Notes: generated by a model not told the origin, from the sequence alone. A stretch of 64,000 bases of DNA from Escherichia coli (GCF_013315695.1 NZ_CP054353.1), one strand, 5' to 3'; shown: positions 25,341-37,794, counted from the first letter of the stretch. A program made the numbers and translations.

Positions 25341-25862
25341 TTATCGTCTGCGCCACCACAACATTCCCATCAGTAGCATCCCCGGCAACCACACCCAGAT
25401 CAATTCAGAAATAATCACCTTGTGCCCGTACGGCGTGGTGTAACGAGACAATGCAAACGGCGCGACTTTGATCACCTGCCAGGGAGCGAAAAAGCGTTCA
25501 TCTGACCACGGCCACAGCCAGCCAACCCCTTTACCGCCAGTGGTTACCGAATCCAGCAAGCTGTGCGATAGCAACGAGACGGTTAAAAACAGCCAGCAGC
25601 GAATCAGCCCAGCCCTGAACCATCGACGTCCAATCAGCACACATAACAGCGGGACAACAAACGCAAACACCAGCGAATGGGTAAACCCGCGATGACCAAA
25701 AACATTGCCGTAAGCAACGCCAAATTTAAACGACAATACGTCGGCATCAGGCAGCATCGCCAGGACGATTCCGGCAAATAACAGGCGCGGAGGGATGACT
25801 TTTGAACCCAACCCTAAACCAATGCAAAGGGGAACGGCGGCGTGCGTAATAACGGTTGGCAT
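25341..25862 (-). CDS. ybcI: inner-membrane metal-dependent hydrolase-like protein
   Basis: 173 aa hydrophobic protein; context. Confidence 0.7.
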   Translation of the reverse strand: MPTVITHAAVPLCIGLGLGSKVIPPRLLFAGIVLAMLPDADVLSFKFGVAYGNVFGHRGFTHSLVFAFVVPLLCVLIGRRWFRAGLIRCWLFLTVSLLSHSLLDSVTTGGKGVGWLWPWSDERFFAPWQVIKVAPFALSRYTTPYGHKVIISELIWVWLPGMLLMGMLWWRRR

Positions 25863-25969
25863 GATGGTCGCTTCGGCAAAATGTCGATGCTATCAGCATG
25901 GATGAACGGGGCGTAGAGGGCAACAGTCTGAAAAGAGAACCGGCCTGTTGTTACAGGCCGGGAAAGGGA

Positions 25970-26182
25970 TCAGGCAACAACCTGTACGCTGTGACCTGCA
26001 AAACTCACTGTCTGACCGGCGACGATTTTGCAGCGTTTGCGCGTTTCAACCGCACCGTCGACTTTCACCTGGCCTTCTGCTATCGCGATTTTCGCCTGCG
26101 CGCCGCTTTCGCTCCAGCCTTCCAGTTTCAGCAAGTCGCACAGCTCAACGTGCGGATGTTTACCTAAAGAAAATGTCGCCAT
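25970..26182 (-). CDS. ybcJ: S4-domain RNA-binding protein
   Basis: 70 aa from MATFSLGKHPHVELCDLL; abuts folD. Confidence 0.7.
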   Translation of the reverse strand: MATFSLGKHPHVELCDLLKLEGWSESGAQAKIAIAEGQVKVDGAVETRKRCKIVAGQTVSFAGHSVQVVA

Positions 26183-26183
26183 G

Positions 26184-27050
26184 TTACTCACCCTGTGGAT
26201 CATGATATTCAACGCACGCCTGTAGCGTGTTTTCAATCAGCGTGGCAACCGTCATCGGGCCAACGCCGCCCGGAACAGGCGTAATGTATGAGGCGCGTTT
26301 AGCCGCGTCTTCAAACACGACGTCGCCCACAACTTTGCCATTTTCCAGACGGTTGATGCCGACATCAATCACAATTGCGCCTTCTTTGATCCAGTCACCA
26401 GGAATAAAGCCCGGCTTGCCGACGGCAACGATCAGTAGATCGGCATTTTCTACGTGGTGACGCAGATTTTTAGTGAAACGGTGAGTCACGGTGGTGGTGC
26501 AACCTGCCAGTAGCAGTTCCATGCTCATTGGGCGACCGACGATATTCGATGCGCCAATCACCACGGCGTTAAGGCCGAAGGTATCAATGTTGTAACGCTC
26601 AAGCAGCGTGACAATACCGCGCGGGGTGCAGGGACGCAGACGCGGCGCGCGCTGGCACAGGCGACCGACGTTATAAGGATGGAAACCGTCTACGTCTTTG
26701 TCCGGGTGTATACGTTCCAGCACTTTGACGTTATCAATACCCGCCGGTAACGGCAGTTGAACCAGAATGCCATCAATGGTGTTGTCGGCATTCAGCGTAT
26801 CGATAAGCTCCAGCAGCTCCGCTTCGCTGGTGGTTTCCGGGAGGTCATAAGAGCGGGAGACGAACCCGACTTCTTCACAAGCCTTGCGTTTGCTTGCGAC
26901 ATAAATTTGCGATGCAGGGTTACTACCCACCAGCACAACGGCCAGTCCTGGTGCCCGCAGTCCGGCTGCAATACGCGCCTGAACTTTTTGAGCAACTTCA
27001 GAGCGCACCTGCTGCGCAATCGTTTTACCGTCAATAATCTTTGCTGCCAT
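26184..27050 (-). CDS. folD: methylenetetrahydrofolate dehydrogenase/cyclohydrolase
   Basis: 288 aa ([19 protein letters not shown]…). Confidence 0.9.
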   Translation of the reverse strand: MAAKIIDGKTIAQQVRSEVAQKVQARIAAGLRAPGLAVVLVGSNPASQIYVASKRKACEEVGFVSRSYDLPETTSEAELLELIDTLNADNTIDGILVQLPLPAGIDNVKVLERIHPDKDVDGFHPYNVGRLCQRAPRLRPCTPRGIVTLLERYNIDTFGLNAVVIGASNIVGRPMSMELLLAGCTTTVTHRFTKNLRHHVENADLLIVAVGKPGFIPGDWIKEGAIVIDVGINRLENGKVVGDVVFEDAAKRASYITPVPGGVGPMTVATLIENTLQACVEYHDPQGE

Positions 27051-27521
27051 CAGAGAGAGGATTCCATCTGTTACGTAGGTCGAAGGGGATGCGCCTATTT
27101 TGTCAGAAGCGGGGCGCGCTGTCAGGTTTCGTTTCAGATTTATCGCGTGAAGCGACCTCTTGCGAAGGTGAGGCGCACCGTCGCTGAGATTGAAAGCTTC
27201 ATTTTTCGTCCATGATGGCGTTGTAAATCTGGAACTGATTTATTTCCTTGTCTAAGGATTAAGATAATTTAAGAAATACCTGACAATATAAAAAGAATTT
27301 TCAGCCTGGTAATTTACCGCTTCAGGTCTATATTTGTGTTGAATATATTTTGCGCGGAAATATTCATCTAACGGGGCTCTCTATTTTTTAGAATAGAGTG
27401 CATATTTTCAATTAAGACATTCTTAGAGGATAAAAAGGAATTTTACTACTATCAGTGTCTTAAATAAAGTAATCGGTTATATACGGATGTGGAGTCGATA
27501 AATGAGATTGAAGGAATATAT

Positions 27522-28064
27522 ATGAAATTAAGATTTATTTCGTCTGCGCTGGCCGCCGCACTATTCGCCGCTACGGGTAGTTATGCTGCCGTTGTAGATG
27601 GCGGTACAATTCACTTTGAAGGCGAACTGGTGAATGCTGCCTGTTCAGTGAATACTGACTCGGCAGACCAGGTTGTCACACTCGGTCAATATCGTACCGA
27701 TATTTTCAATGCTGTTGGTAATACCTCTGCATTAATTCCATTCACTATACAGTTGAACGACTGCGATCCTGTCGTTGCCGCTAATGCTGCCGTTGCATTT
27801 TCTGGTCAGGCGGATGCAATCAATGATAATTTATTGGCCATTGCATCCAGTACTAATACAACAACAGCAACGGGTGTCGGTATTGAAATACTTGATAATA
27901 CATCCGCAATTCTCAAACCTGATGGGAATAGCTTCTCAACCAACCAGAACTTGATCCCCGGGACCAACGTTCTTCATTTTTCTGCACGTTATAAAGGCAC
28001 CGGTACAAGTGCATCAGCAGGGCAAGCAAATGCTGACGCGACTTTTATTATGAGATACGAATAA
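27522..28064 (+). CDS. sfmA: type 1-like fimbrial major subunit
   Basis: About 180 aa with signal peptide; chaperone-usher operon context. Confidence 0.8.
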   Translation: MKLRFISSALAAALFAATGSYAAVVDGGTIHFEGELVNAACSVNTDSADQVVTLGQYRTDIFNAVGNTSALIPFTIQLNDCDPVVAANAAVAFSGQADAINDNLLAIASSTNTTTATGVGIEILDNTSAILKPDGNSFSTNQNLIPGTNVLHFSARYKGTGTSASAGQANADATFIMRYE

Positions 28065-28282
28065 TCAAAACCACGTTGTTTTGAATTATATATCACGTCT
28101 TATAACAAAGTAATGTACCGGTTGTCTGAAGCGGTATGGTGGCAATGTAAATCGAAATCACGTTCACTTTGTATCATGCCGCTTTATTAAATGAAAAGGG
28201 AATAATGTGTGTAAGAAACCAAAGCAATCATTTCTTTATACTCCTTATTTTTGCCGTCAGGAATACACAAGGCGTATTAACT

Positions 28283-28975
28283 ATGATGACTAAAATAAAG
28301 TTATTGATGCTCATTATATTTTATTTAATCATTTCGACCAGCGCCCATGCTGCCGGAGGGATCGCATTAGGTGCCACGCGTATTATTTATCCCGCTGATG
28401 CTAAACAGACTGCGGTATGGATTAGAAATAGTCATACCAATGAGCGCTTTCTGGTCAATTCGTGGATTGAAAACAGCAGCGGTGTAAAAGAAAAGTCATT
28501 CATCATTACACCGCCACTGTTTGTTAGTGAACCCAAAAGCGAAAATACTTTGCGTATTATTTACACCGGTCCACCGCTGGCGGCAGATCGTGAGTCTCTG
28601 TTCTGGATGAATGTTAAGACGATCCCTTCGGTAGATAAAAATGCATTGAACGGCAGGAATGTTTTGCAACTGGCGATTTTATCGCGCATGAAATTATTTC
28701 TCCGTCCAATTCAATTACAAGAATTACCCGCAGAAGCGCCGGACACACTCAAGTTTTCGCGATCCGGTAACTATATCAATGTTCATAATCCATCACCTTT
28801 TTATGTCACCCTGGTTAACTTGCAAGTGGGCAGCCAAAAACTGGGGAATGCTATGGCTGCACCCAGAGTTAATTCACAAATTCCCTTACCCTCAGGAGTG
28901 CAGGGAAAGCTGAAATTTCAGACCGTTAATGATTATGGTTCAGTAACCCCGGTCAGAGAAGTGAACTTAAACTAA
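28283..28975 (+). CDS. sfmC: periplasmic fimbrial chaperone
   Basis: 230 aa from [10 protein letters not shown]; PapD-like. Confidence 0.8.
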   Translation: MMTKIKLLMLIIFYLIISTSAHAAGGIALGATRIIYPADAKQTAVWIRNSHTNERFLVNSWIENSSGVKEKSFIITPPLFVSEPKSENTLRIIYTGPPLAADRESLFWMNVKTIPSVDKNALNGRNVLQLAILSRMKLFLRPIQLQELPAEAPDTLKFSRSGNYINVHNPSPFYVTLVNLQVGSQKLGNAMAAPRVNSQIPLPSGVQGKLKFQTVNDYGSVTPVREVNLN

Positions 28976-29005
28976 CCGAATCATCTGACAATATCAGAGC
29001 TAATT

Positions 29006-31615
29006 ATGAAAATACCCACTACTACGGATATTCCGCAGAGGTATACCTGGTGTCTGGCCGGAATTTGTTATTCATCTCTTGCCATTTTACCCTCCTTTTT
29101 AAGCTATGCGGAAAGTTATTTCAACCCGGCATTTTTATTAGAGAATGGCACATCCGTTGCTGATTTATCGCGCTTTGAGAGAGGTAATCATCAACCTGCG
29201 GGTGTGTATCGGGTGGATCTCTGGCGTAATGATGAGTTCATTGGTTCACAGGATATCGTATTTGAATCGACGACAGTAAATACAGGTGATAAATCAGGTG
29301 GGTTAATGCCTTGTTTTAACCAGGCACTCCTTGAACGAATTGGCCTTAATAGCAGTGCATTCCCCGAGTTAGCCCAGCAGCAAAATAATAAATGCATCAA
29401 TTTACTGAAAGCTGTACCTGATGCCACAATTAACTTTGATTTTGCAGCGATGCGCCTGAACATCACTATTCCTCAGATAGCGTTGTTGAGTAGCGCTCAC
29501 GGTTATATTCCGCCTGAAGAGTGGGATGAAGGTATTCCTGCTTTACTCCTGAATTATAATTTCACCGGTAACAGAGGTAATGGTAACGATAGCTATTTTT
29601 TTAGTGAACTCAGCGGGATTAATATTGGCCCGTGGCGTTTACGCAACAATGGTTCCTGGAACTATTTTCGCGGAAATGGATATCATTCAGAACAGTGGAA
29701 TAATATTGGCACCTGGGTACAGCGCGCCATTATTCCGCTGAAAAGTGAACTGGTAATGGGAGACGGTAATACAGGGAGTGATATTTTCGATGGCGTTGGA
29801 TTTCGAGGTGTACGGCTTTATTCTTCCGATAATATGTATCCTGATAGCCAGCAGGGGTTTGCTCCAACGGTACGTGGGATTGCCCGTACGGCGGCCCAGC
29901 TAACGATTCGGCAAAATGGTTTTATTATCTATCAAAGCTATGTTTCCCCCGGCGCTTTTGAAATTACAGATTTGCACCCGACATCTTCAAATGGCGATCT
30001 GGACGTCACCATCGACGAGCGCGATGGTAATCAGCAGAATTACACGATTCCGTATTCAACAGTGCCAATTTTACAACGCGAAGGGCGTTTCAAATTTGAC
30101 CTGACGGCGGGCGATTTTCGTAGCGGTAATAGTCAGCAATCGTCGCCTTTCTTTTTTCAGGGCACGGCACTCGGCGGTTTACCACAGGAATTTACTGCCT
30201 ACGGCGGGACGCAATTATCTGCCAATTACACCGCCTTTTTGTTAGGGCTGGGGCGCAACCTCGGGAACTGGGGCGCAGTGTCGCTGGATGTAACGCATGC
30301 GCGCAGTCAGTTAGCCGACGACAGTCGTCATGAGGGGGATTCCATTCGCTTCCTCTATGCGAAATCAATGAACACTTTCGGCACCAATTTTCAGTTAATG
30401 GGTTACCGCTATTCGACACAAGGTTTTTATACCCTTGATGATGTTGCGTATCGTCGAATGGAGGGGTACGAATATGATTACGATTATGACGGTGAGCATC
30501 GCGATGAACCGATAATCGTGAATTACCACAATTTACGCTTTAGTCGTAAAGACCGTTTGCAGTTAAATATTTCACAATCACTTAATGACTTTGGCTCGCT
30601 TTATATTTCTGGTACCCATCAAAAATACTGGAATACTTCGGATTCAGATACCTGGTATCAGGTGGGGTATACCAGCAGCTGGGTTGGCATCAGTTATTCA
30701 CTCTCATTTTCGTGGAATGAATCTGTAGGGATCCCCGATAACGAACGTATTGTCGGACTTAATGTTTCAGTGCCTTTCAATGTTCTGACCAAACGTCGCT
30801 ACACCCGGGAAAATGCGCTCGACCGCGCTTATGCCTCCTTTAACGCCAACCGTAACAGCAACGGGCAAAATAGCTGGCTGGCAGGCGTTGGTGGGACCTT
30901 ACTGGAAGGCCACAACCTGAGTTATCACGTAAGCCAGGGCGATACCTCGAATAATGGGTATACGGGCAGCGCCACGGCAAACTGGCAGGCCGCTTACGGT
31001 ACGCTGGGGGTCGGGTATAACTACGACCGCGATCAACATGACGTTAACTGGCAGCTGTCTGGCGGTGTGGTCGGGCATGAAAATGGTATAACGCTGAGCC
31101 AGCCTTTAGGGGATACCAATGTTTTGATTAAAGCGCCAGGCGCAGGCGGTGTACGCATTGAAAATCAAACTGGAATTTTAACCGATTGGCGCGGCTATGC
31201 GGTGATGCCGTATGCCACGGTTTATCGGTATAACCGTATCGCGCTTGATACCAATACGATGGGGAATTCCATCGATGTTGAAAAAAATATTAGCAGCGTT
31301 GTGCCGACGCAAGGCGCGTTGGTTCGTGCCAATTTTGATACCCGCATAGGCGTGCGGGCGCTCATTACCGTTACCCAGGGCGGAAAACCGGTGCCGTTTG
31401 GATCACTGGTACGGGAAAACAGTACCGGAATAACCAGTATGGTGGGTGATGACGGGCAAGTTTATTTAAGCGGTGCGCCATTGTCTGGTGAATTACTGGT
31501 TCAGTGGGGAGACGGCGCGAACTCACGCTGCATTGCGCACTATGTATTGCCGAAGCAAAGCTTACAGCAAGCCGTCACTGTTATTTCGGCAGTTTGCACA
31601 CATCCTGGCTCATAA
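29006..31615 (+). CDS. sfmD: fimbrial outer-membrane usher
   Basis: 869 aa. Confidence 0.88.
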   Translation: MKIPTTTDIPQRYTWCLAGICYSSLAILPSFLSYAESYFNPAFLLENGTSVADLSRFERGNHQPAGVYRVDLWRNDEFIGSQDIVFESTTVNTGDKSGGLMPCFNQALLERIGLNSSAFPELAQQQNNKCINLLKAVPDATINFDFAAMRLNITIPQIALLSSAHGYIPPEEWDEGIPALLLNYNFTGNRGNGNDSYFFSELSGINIGPWRLRNNGSWNYFRGNGYHSEQWNNIGTWVQRAIIPLKSELVMGDGNTGSDIFDGVGFRGVRLYSSDNMYPDSQQGFAPTVRGIARTAAQLTIRQNGFIIYQSYVSPGAFEITDLHPTSSNGDLDVTIDERDGNQQNYTIPYSTVPILQREGRFKFDLTAGDFRSGNSQQSSPFFFQGTALGGLPQEFTAYGGTQLSANYTAFLLGLGRNLGNWGAVSLDVTHARSQLADDSRHEGDSIRFLYAKSMNTFGTNFQLMGYRYSTQGFYTLDDVAYRRMEGYEYDYDYDGEHRDEPIIVNYHNLRFSRKDRLQLNISQSLNDFGSLYISGTHQKYWNTSDSDTWYQVGYTSSWVGISYSLSFSWNESVGIPDNERIVGLNVSVPFNVLTKRRYTRENALDRAYASFNANRNSNGQNSWLAGVGGTLLEGHNLSYHVSQGDTSNNGYTGSATANWQAAYGTLGVGYNYDRDQHDVNWQLSGGVVGHENGITLSQPLGDTNVLIKAPGAGGVRIENQTGILTDWRGYAVMPYATVYRYNRIALDTNTMGNSIDVEKNISSVVPTQGALVRANFDTRIGVRALITVTQGGKPVPFGSLVRENSTGITSMVGDDGQVYLSGAPLSGELLVQWGDGANSRCIAHYVLPKQSLQQAVTVISAVCTHPGS

Positions 31616-31627
31616 AGGAAATTATCA

Positions 31628-32635
31628 ATGAAGATAATCTGCAGATTATTATTGGCGATGGCATGTTTGTGGTTAACAAACATATCCTGGGCTACTGTTT
31701 GTGCAAATAGTACTGGCGTAGCAGAAGATGAACACTATGATCTCTCAAATGTCTTTAATAGCACCAATAACCAGCCAGGGCAGATTGTTGTTTTACCGGA
31801 AAAATCCGGCTGGGTAGGTGTATCAGCAATTTGTCCACCCGGCACGCTGGTGAATTATACATACCGTAGTTATGTCACCAACTTTATTGTTCAGGAAACT
31901 ATCGATAATTATAAATATATGCAATTAAATGATTATCTATTAGGTGCGATGAGTCTGGTTGATAGCGTGATGGATATTCAATTCCCTCCGCAAAATTATA
32001 TTCGTATGGGAACAGATCCTAACGTTTCGCAAAACCTTCCGTTCGGGGTGATGGATTCTCGTTTGATATTTCGTTTAAAGGTTATTCGTCCCTTTATTAA
32101 CATGGTGGAGATCCCCAGACAGGTGATGTTTACCGTGTATGTGACATCAACGCCTAACGATCCGTTGGTTACACCTGTTTATACCATTAGTTTTGGTGGC
32201 CGGGTTGAAGTACCGCAAAACTGCGAATTAAATGCCGGGCAAATTGTTGAATTTGATTTTGGTGATATCGGCGCATCGTTATTTAGTGCGGCAGGGCCGG
32301 GGAATCGACCAGCTGGTGTCATGCCGCAAACCAAGAGCATTGCGATCAAATGTACGAATGTTGCTGCGCAGGCTTATTTAACAATGCGTCTGGAAGCCAG
32401 TGCCGTTTCTGGTCAGGCGATGGTGTCGGACAATCAGGATTTAGGTTTTATTGTGGCCGATCAGAACGATACGCCGATCACGCCTAACGATCTCAATAGC
32501 GTTATTCCTTTCCGTCTGGATGCAGCTGCGGCAGCCAATGTCACACTTCGCGCCTGGCCTATCAGTATTACCGGTCAAAAACCGACCGAAGGGCCGTTTA
32601 GCGCGCTGGGGTATTTACGCGTCGATTATCAATGA
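31628..32635 (+). CDS. sfmH: fimbrial adhesin-like subunit
   Basis: 335 aa with signal peptide. Confidence 0.75.
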   Translation: MKIICRLLLAMACLWLTNISWATVCANSTGVAEDEHYDLSNVFNSTNNQPGQIVVLPEKSGWVGVSAICPPGTLVNYTYRSYVTNFIVQETIDNYKYMQLNDYLLGAMSLVDSVMDIQFPPQNYIRMGTDPNVSQNLPFGVMDSRLIFRLKVIRPFINMVEIPRQVMFTVYVTSTPNDPLVTPVYTISFGGRVEVPQNCELNAGQIVEFDFGDIGASLFSAAGPGNRPAGVMPQTKSIAIKCTNVAAQAYLTMRLEASAVSGQAMVSDNQDLGFIVADQNDTPITPNDLNSVIPFRLDAAAAANVTLRAWPISITGQKPTEGPFSALGYLRVDYQ

Positions 32636-32645
32636 GGTACGGAGA

Positions 32646-33161
32646 ATGAGAAGAGTACTCTTTAGCTGTTTCTGCGGGCTACTGTGGAGTTCCAGTGGAT
32701 GGGCAGTTGACCCTTTAGGAACGATTAATATCAATTTGCACGGTAACGTTGTTGATTTCTCCTGTACCGTAAACACAGCGGATAAGGATAAGACGGTAGA
32801 TTTAGGCAGATGGCCTACGACACAATTACTGAGCGCTGGCGATACCACGGCACTCGTCCCTTTTAGCCTGCGGCTGGAGGGATGTCCTCCGGGTTCAGTT
32901 GCGATTTTATTTACGGGAACGCCGGCATCTGATGCCAACCTGCTGGCTCTGGATGATCCCGCAATGGCACAAACCGTCGCCATCGAATTACGTAATAGCG
33001 ATCGCTCCCGGCTCGCACTGGGGGAGGCGAGCTCGACTGAGGAAGTTGATGCAAATGGCAATGTCACACTAAACTTTTTTGCCAATTATCGAGCGTTAGC
33101 CAGCGGTGTTCAGCCTGGTGTGGCGAAAGCGGATGCGATATTTATGATCAATTATAATTAA
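32646..33161 (+). CDS. sfmF: fimbrial minor subunit
   Basis: About 171 aa from MRRVLFSCFCGLLWSSSGWA. Confidence 0.75.
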   Translation: MRRVLFSCFCGLLWSSSGWAVDPLGTININLHGNVVDFSCTVNTADKDKTVDLGRWPTTQLLSAGDTTALVPFSLRLEGCPPGSVAILFTGTPASDANLLALDDPAMAQTVAIELRNSDRSRLALGEASSTEEVDANGNVTLNFFANYRALASGVQPGVAKADAIFMINYN

Positions 33162-33163
33162 TA

Positions 33164-33796
33164 TTATATTAATTCATATAATTTGGCGTAGTCGATAAGC
33201 TCTACAATTGAATGCAAACCTAGCTTGCCATAAATATTAGATTTATGTGCACTAACTGTTTTATTGCTAAGTAATAACTTATCGGCAATTTCTTTATTAG
33301 ATAATCCGCTAACCAGATAACGTAATATGGTTACTTCACGATTAGATAGCACCGTGACCGTTGAACTATTCGTACTGCATTTATTGCTTTTTATATAGTT
33401 GAGCGTTTCGCTGGGAAAAAAAGTGTATCCGGAGAGGATCATCTGAACGGCATGAAAAATATCATTCTGATCATTGCATTTACTGACAAAACCGTTAGCA
33501 CCAGCTTGTACCGCTCTGCCAGCATAAAAGCATTCTGATTTCGATGATAAAAATAATACTTTCACTGTACTCTGGATTTGTTTGATCCTTTTCAGGAAGG
33601 TAAAACCGTCTGTTCCGGGCAAGTCTATATCCATAATGATTAAATCAACAGGACGGGTTCGGAGATAATCGATGGTTATGCGATAATCATCCGTTTTCAG
33701 GACAATTTGCAATTCATTGTTTTTTTGCAACAGAACTTCAATAGACATTCTGATGATAGGATGAGTATCCATAATGATCACCGACGTTGGTTTCAT
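33164..33796 (-). CDS. fimZ: LuxR-family response regulator of fimbrial expression
   Basis: About 210 aa; receiver domain plus C-terminal LuxR HTH. Confidence 0.8.
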   Translation of the reverse strand: MKPTSVIIMDTHPIIRMSIEVLLQKNNELQIVLKTDDYRITIDYLRTRPVDLIIMDIDLPGTDGFTFLKRIKQIQSTVKVLFLSSKSECFYAGRAVQAGANGFVSKCNDQNDIFHAVQMILSGYTFFPSETLNYIKSNKCSTNSSTVTVLSNREVTILRYLVSGLSNKEIADKLLLSNKTVSAHKSNIYGKLGLHSIVELIDYAKLYELI

Positions 33797-34037
33797 AGTT
33801 ACCAGTCTCATTGGATCGGACAATTTTCCGTTAGGGCGGGAAATTGTACTTGATACATGAAAATACGGGTTTTCTTGATTCAGACGCGCAGCGGTGTGCG
33901 TTTGTTTGCCGCTATAACGAAATAAATCAGAAAATCAGACGCGGTCGTTCACTTGTTCAGCAACCAGATCAAAAGCCATTGACTCAGCAAGGGTTGACCG
34001 TATAATTCACGCGATTACACCGCATTGCGGTATCAAC

Positions 34038-34114
34038 GCGCCCTTAGCTCAGTTGGATAGAGCAACGACCTTCTAAGTCGTGGGCCGCAGGTTCGAATCC
34101 TGCAGGGCGCGCCA
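34038..34114 (+). tRNA. argU: tRNA-Arg (anticodon TCT in CTTCTAAG loop)
   Basis: GCGCCCTTAGCTCAGTTGGATAGAGC…GGTTCGAATCC…GCGCGCCA cloverleaf elements; integrase immediately downstream. Confidence 0.9.
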
Positions 34115-34129
34115 TTACAATTCAATCAG

Positions 34130-35293
34130 TTACGCCTTCTTTATATCCTCCATAATTCCACAGTGGGACATATTTGGGACATTATCACCAAAAATGTCGT
34201 CTATTTTCCTTGCATGCTCTGTCAAATGATTAGGCGCAAGGTGAGCATACCTACGAACCATTTCTATGGACTCCCATCCGCCCATTTCCTGAAGCACAGA
34301 TAATGGGACGCCTGACTGGATCAGCCAGCTTGCCCAGGTGTGTCTGAGGTCATGGAAACGGAAATCTTCAATTCCTGCACGACGACAAGCTGATAGCCAT
34401 GATGTCTTGCTGTCGATGCGCATCTTCCTGACCGCAGGCGTTGATGTTCCATCTGCTCGCTTAGTCGCCTTGGTATGTACAAACACCCATTTGTGATGCT
34501 TGCCTATTTGATCACGCAACACTTTACAGGCGGTATCGTTCAGCGCCACACCAATGGCGCGGTTTGATTTGCTCTCTTCTGGATTCACCCAGGCAACTCG
34601 TCGCTGCATGTCGATTTGTTGCCATTCCAGATTTATGATGTTCGACTTTCTCAGACCAGTTGCCAGCGCAAACTTGACGACAGATTTCAGTGGTTCGGGG
34701 CACTCATCAATAAGGCGTTTTGCTTCCTCCTTTTCCAGCCATCTGACTCGCTTGTTTCTGACCGCTGGTATCTTGATGACAGGCGCTTTTTCCAGCCACT
34801 TCCAGTCGCGTTCTGCAGCACGGAGAATGGCCTTTATCATGGCAAGATGCTTTGCCTTTGTCTGAGTTGATACTGGCTTTGGTTCATAAACAGGCGGTTC
34901 TTTACCTTTCCTGATGGCGGCCTGAACTTTCTGTTTCCATATTTCTTTCGTCTTTCTGTTATGCATTCTGCTTACAGCAGAGTAAATCTTTGCCTCCGAG
35001 ATATCTTTAAGCCTTATACCCTCAAAATGTTCAAGCCAGAACTCAATCCGGCTTTTATCTGAATCGAGAGATTTTTTATCAGCTTTTTCCTCAAGCCATC
35101 TTAGGCAGGCCTCTTCAAAAGTGACATCAGGTAAATCCCCTAGCTTTTCTACTCGCCAGAGTTCTGCTTTTCGCTTGTCGTGCAACTCCTGAGCTTGCCG
35201 CTTGTCCTTTGTGCCAAGAGATTCCTTAATTCGTTTCCCGCCCGGGAGCGAATACGAGGCATACCATATTTCATTTCTGCGGAAGAGTGACAT
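34130..35293 (-). CDS. intD: prophage tyrosine integrase (DLP12-type, argU-specific)
   Basis: 387 aa; C-terminal R..HxxR..Y catalytic region ([10 protein letters not shown]… ; …RRYAHL). Confidence 0.88.
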   Translation of the reverse strand: MSLFRRNEIWYASYSLPGGKRIKESLGTKDKRQAQELHDKRKAELWRVEKLGDLPDVTFEEACLRWLEEKADKKSLDSDKSRIEFWLEHFEGIRLKDISEAKIYSAVSRMHNRKTKEIWKQKVQAAIRKGKEPPVYEPKPVSTQTKAKHLAMIKAILRAAERDWKWLEKAPVIKIPAVRNKRVRWLEKEEAKRLIDECPEPLKSVVKFALATGLRKSNIINLEWQQIDMQRRVAWVNPEESKSNRAIGVALNDTACKVLRDQIGKHHKWVFVHTKATKRADGTSTPAVRKMRIDSKTSWLSACRRAGIEDFRFHDLRHTWASWLIQSGVPLSVLQEMGGWESIEMVRRYAHLAPNHLTEHARKIDDIFGDNVPNMSHCGIMEDIKKA

Positions 35294-35523
35294 TTTCTTT
35301 CCTCTGTTATGCCATCACCCGCGCTCACCTGGACAGTATGCAGCGGAGACTGAAGCGCCGCAATGCAAGCTTGCCGTGTTGTGAGGTAAGGAGATTTTGG
35401 CTTGGTTGGATCTTTACGTGTTGCCTGTAGGCGGCCTGTTCGTATCCAGTTGGTGGCGGTTGGTCTGGATATCTTAAGAAACTGACAGGCCTCATCGAGT
35501 GTGAGGCTGTATGGCTCCATTAT
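35149..35523 (-). CDS. AlpA/Xis-like excisionase/DNA-binding protein (overlaps int 5' end; start uncertain)
   Basis: [34 protein letters not shown] typical of AlpA-family excisionases. Confidence 0.55.
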   Translation of the reverse strand: MMEPYSLTLDEACQFLKISRPTATNWIRTGRLQATRKDPTKPKSPYLTTRQACIAALQSPLHTVQVSAGDGITEERKCHSSAEMKYGMPRIRSRAGNELRNLLAQRTSGKLRSCTTSEKQNSGE

Positions 35524-35825
35524 TTCACCTCTTGCTGTGTCATTGTTGAAAAATGGATACCAGCTCGTTGCTGCCAGACGATCCAACCGAGAGTCATATC
35601 CCATGCCATGTATTCGTTATCGCCGTTTTTTACTCTCCGACGATCTACTAAGTCACCGAAACGCTTTTCCATGAATAATTCATAGGCTTCGCGTTCATCT
35701 GGCTCTACTTCCAGAGATACGAGTGCGATTTCATAAGCACGGCGCTCAATATCGTCTCGAACCTCTAGGCTGCTGATTCGTTCTTTGATTTCTTTAATCA
35801 GTTCTTTATTGGTAAATGTGGTCAT
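35520..35825 (-). CDS. hypothetical prophage early-left protein (101 aa)
   Basis: Translationally coupled (overlapping start/stop) in the int-xis operon. Confidence 0.45.
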   Translation of the reverse strand: MTTFTNKELIKEIKERISSLEVRDDIERRAYEIALVSLEVEPDEREAYELFMEKRFGDLVDRRRVKNGDNEYMAWDMTLGWIVWQQRAGIHFSTMTQQEVK

Positions 35826-36187
35826 TATGCTCCAGCCTCCGGTGCTTTTGGCATTACTGCCCAGTGAGTGATATTGACGTTTTCAAGGTCCCCGACCTGA
35901 AATGTCCACTGCCATTCTCCGGTTTCTTTTTGTCCCCAGGTGTACCAGAGAGAACGCCAGCCAATCAGCCAGCCTTCTCCATTAGCATCAAATAACAGAA
36001 CACTTTCATTTGCTGGTGGCAGTTCAGCTGACACTGGTATTATTTTGTTTTCCAGTGCCGCACATTTAGCTTCAAGCGCGTCGAATTTACGTAACAGGTA
36101 CTCAGCATTTGTTTCATTCACTTTCAGATCTCGCGGTACACATTTCCCGCGAAGAAACCCTTCCATTTCGAAAACATTCATGCGCAT
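35825..36187 (-). CDS. DUF551-like prophage protein (120 aa)
   Basis: Trp-rich C-terminus ending …THWAVMPKAPE; coupled to neighbours. Confidence 0.45.
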   Translation of the reverse strand: MRMNVFEMEGFLRGKCVPRDLKVNETNAEYLLRKFDALEAKCAALENKIIPVSAELPPANESVLLFDANGEGWLIGWRSLWYTWGQKETGEWQWTFQVGDLENVNITHWAVMPKAPEAGA

Positions 36188-36741
36188 TTGCGTAACTCCG
36201 ATAAATCGTTAAAACGTTCCATAAACATCCCGTAGGCATGACCCGGTGCCAGTGGAATCACGTTGAACATCTCTGTTGCCGGGATGCCTTCCAGTACAGG
36301 CCAGAAAGAGCCATCATCAAGCCCGAGATCGCGGCGTTCGGTTGCCAGCATGATGAGATCGGCATATTTCACGGGTGTACTCATAACTGGGGGTAACCCG
36401 TATTTCTCACGGATTACGGCGTCTATTTTTTCTTCCATCCGTTTATAGTCAGGAAGAAGGCGTTTCAGTGGTGCGGGAATGTCCTGGCAATACGCTTCTG
36501 TTGCATCATGCATTAACGCTTCAAAAGCAAATTCCTGCGGCACCAGCTGGCTGCAAAGAACCGCATGTTGGGCGACGCTGTAGAAGTGCGAAAGATGACC
36601 GGCAAAGCGACAGATATTTGAAAGGGAAACCGCGATATCGTTAATATCGATGTCGTCTTTATTTATCTTGTCATAATAAAAATGCTTCCCGGAAAAAGTT
36701 TTAATAAATGACATTTTGTTCTCCACGTATATGCACTGCAC
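36178..36741 (-). CDS. HD-domain phosphohydrolase (YfbR-like 5'-nucleotidase family)
   Basis: H…HD metal-binding signature (…SVAQHAVL… ; …ALMHDATEAY…). Confidence 0.6.
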   Translation of the reverse strand: MQCIYVENKMSFIKTFSGKHFYYDKINKDDIDINDIAVSLSNICRFAGHLSHFYSVAQHAVLCSQLVPQEFAFEALMHDATEAYCQDIPAPLKRLLPDYKRMEEKIDAVIREKYGLPPVMSTPVKYADLIMLATERRDLGLDDGSFWPVLEGIPATEMFNVIPLAPGHAYGMFMERFNDLSELRKCA

Positions 36742-36839
36742 CGCGCTGAATTCTGGTAAAAGGAAGCCCTCACCATCCGGTGATTATTGAGTTAATTACG
36801 TTTCCATAAATGCCCCCGCAGGGGCATTTGCAGTAATGA

Positions 36840-37041
36840 AATCAGGCGGTGAAAGTACCAATAAAGGTTTCTACTTTGCTGTCTTTGAATTTCTCAACAA
36901 GCAGATCACGAAATTCGTTAGCCATTTCTTCCTGCACCGCTTCCAGCTGAATAATGCGCAGAACCAGTACAGGACGATCGCCAGTGATAATGCTGAGGCG
37001 TAATTTAAACGGACGTTCTTTCAGACCTTCAAACGGAACGC
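36840..37041 (-). pseudogene. 3' fragment of a prophage early gene, truncated by IS1
   Basis: Minus-strand frame open from the IS1 boundary to a stop at 36840 (…[39 protein letters not shown]); no start codon. Confidence 0.45.
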
Positions 37042-37096
37042 GGTGATGCTGCCAACTTACTGATTTAGTGTATGATGGTGTTTTTGAGGTGCTCCA

Positions 37097-37372
37097 GTGG
37101 CTTCTGTTTCTATCAGCTGTCCCTCCTGTTCAGCTACTGACGGGGTGGTGCGTAACGGCAAAAGCACCGCCGGACATCAGCGCTATCTCTGCTCTCACTG
37201 CCGTAAAACATGGCAACTGCAGTTCACTTACACCGCTTCTCAACCCGGTACGCACCAGAAAATCATTGATATGGCCATGAATGGCGTTGGATGCCGGGCA
37301 ACAGCCCGCATTATGGGCGTTGGCCTCAACACGATTTTACGTCACTTAAAAAACTCAGGCCGCAGTCGGTAA
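37097..37372 (+). CDS. insA: IS1 InsA
   Basis: Identical to 15374..15649. Confidence 0.9.
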
Positions 37373-37794
37373 CCTCGCGCATACAGCCGGGCAGTGACGT
37401 CATCGTCTGCGCGGAAATGGACGAACAGTGGGGCTATGTCGGGGCTAAATCGCGCCAGCGCTGGCTGTTTTACGCGTATGACAGGCTCCGGAAGACGGTT
37501 GTTGCGCACGTATTCGGTGAACGCACTATGGCGACGCTGGGGCGTCTTATGAGCCTGCTGTCACCCTTTGACGTGGTGATATGGATGACGGATGGCTGGC
37601 CGCTGTATGAATCCCGCCTGAAGGGAAAGCTGCACGTAATCAGCAAGCGATATACGCAGCGAATTGAGCGGCATAACCTGAATCTGAGGCAGCACCTGGC
37701 ACGGCTGGGACGGAAGTCGCTGTCGTTCTCAAAATCGGTGGAGCTGCATGACAAAGTCATCGGGCATTATCTGAACATAAAACACTATCAATAA
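37291..37794 (+). CDS. insB: IS1 InsB
   Basis: Identical to 15568..16071. Confidence 0.85.
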
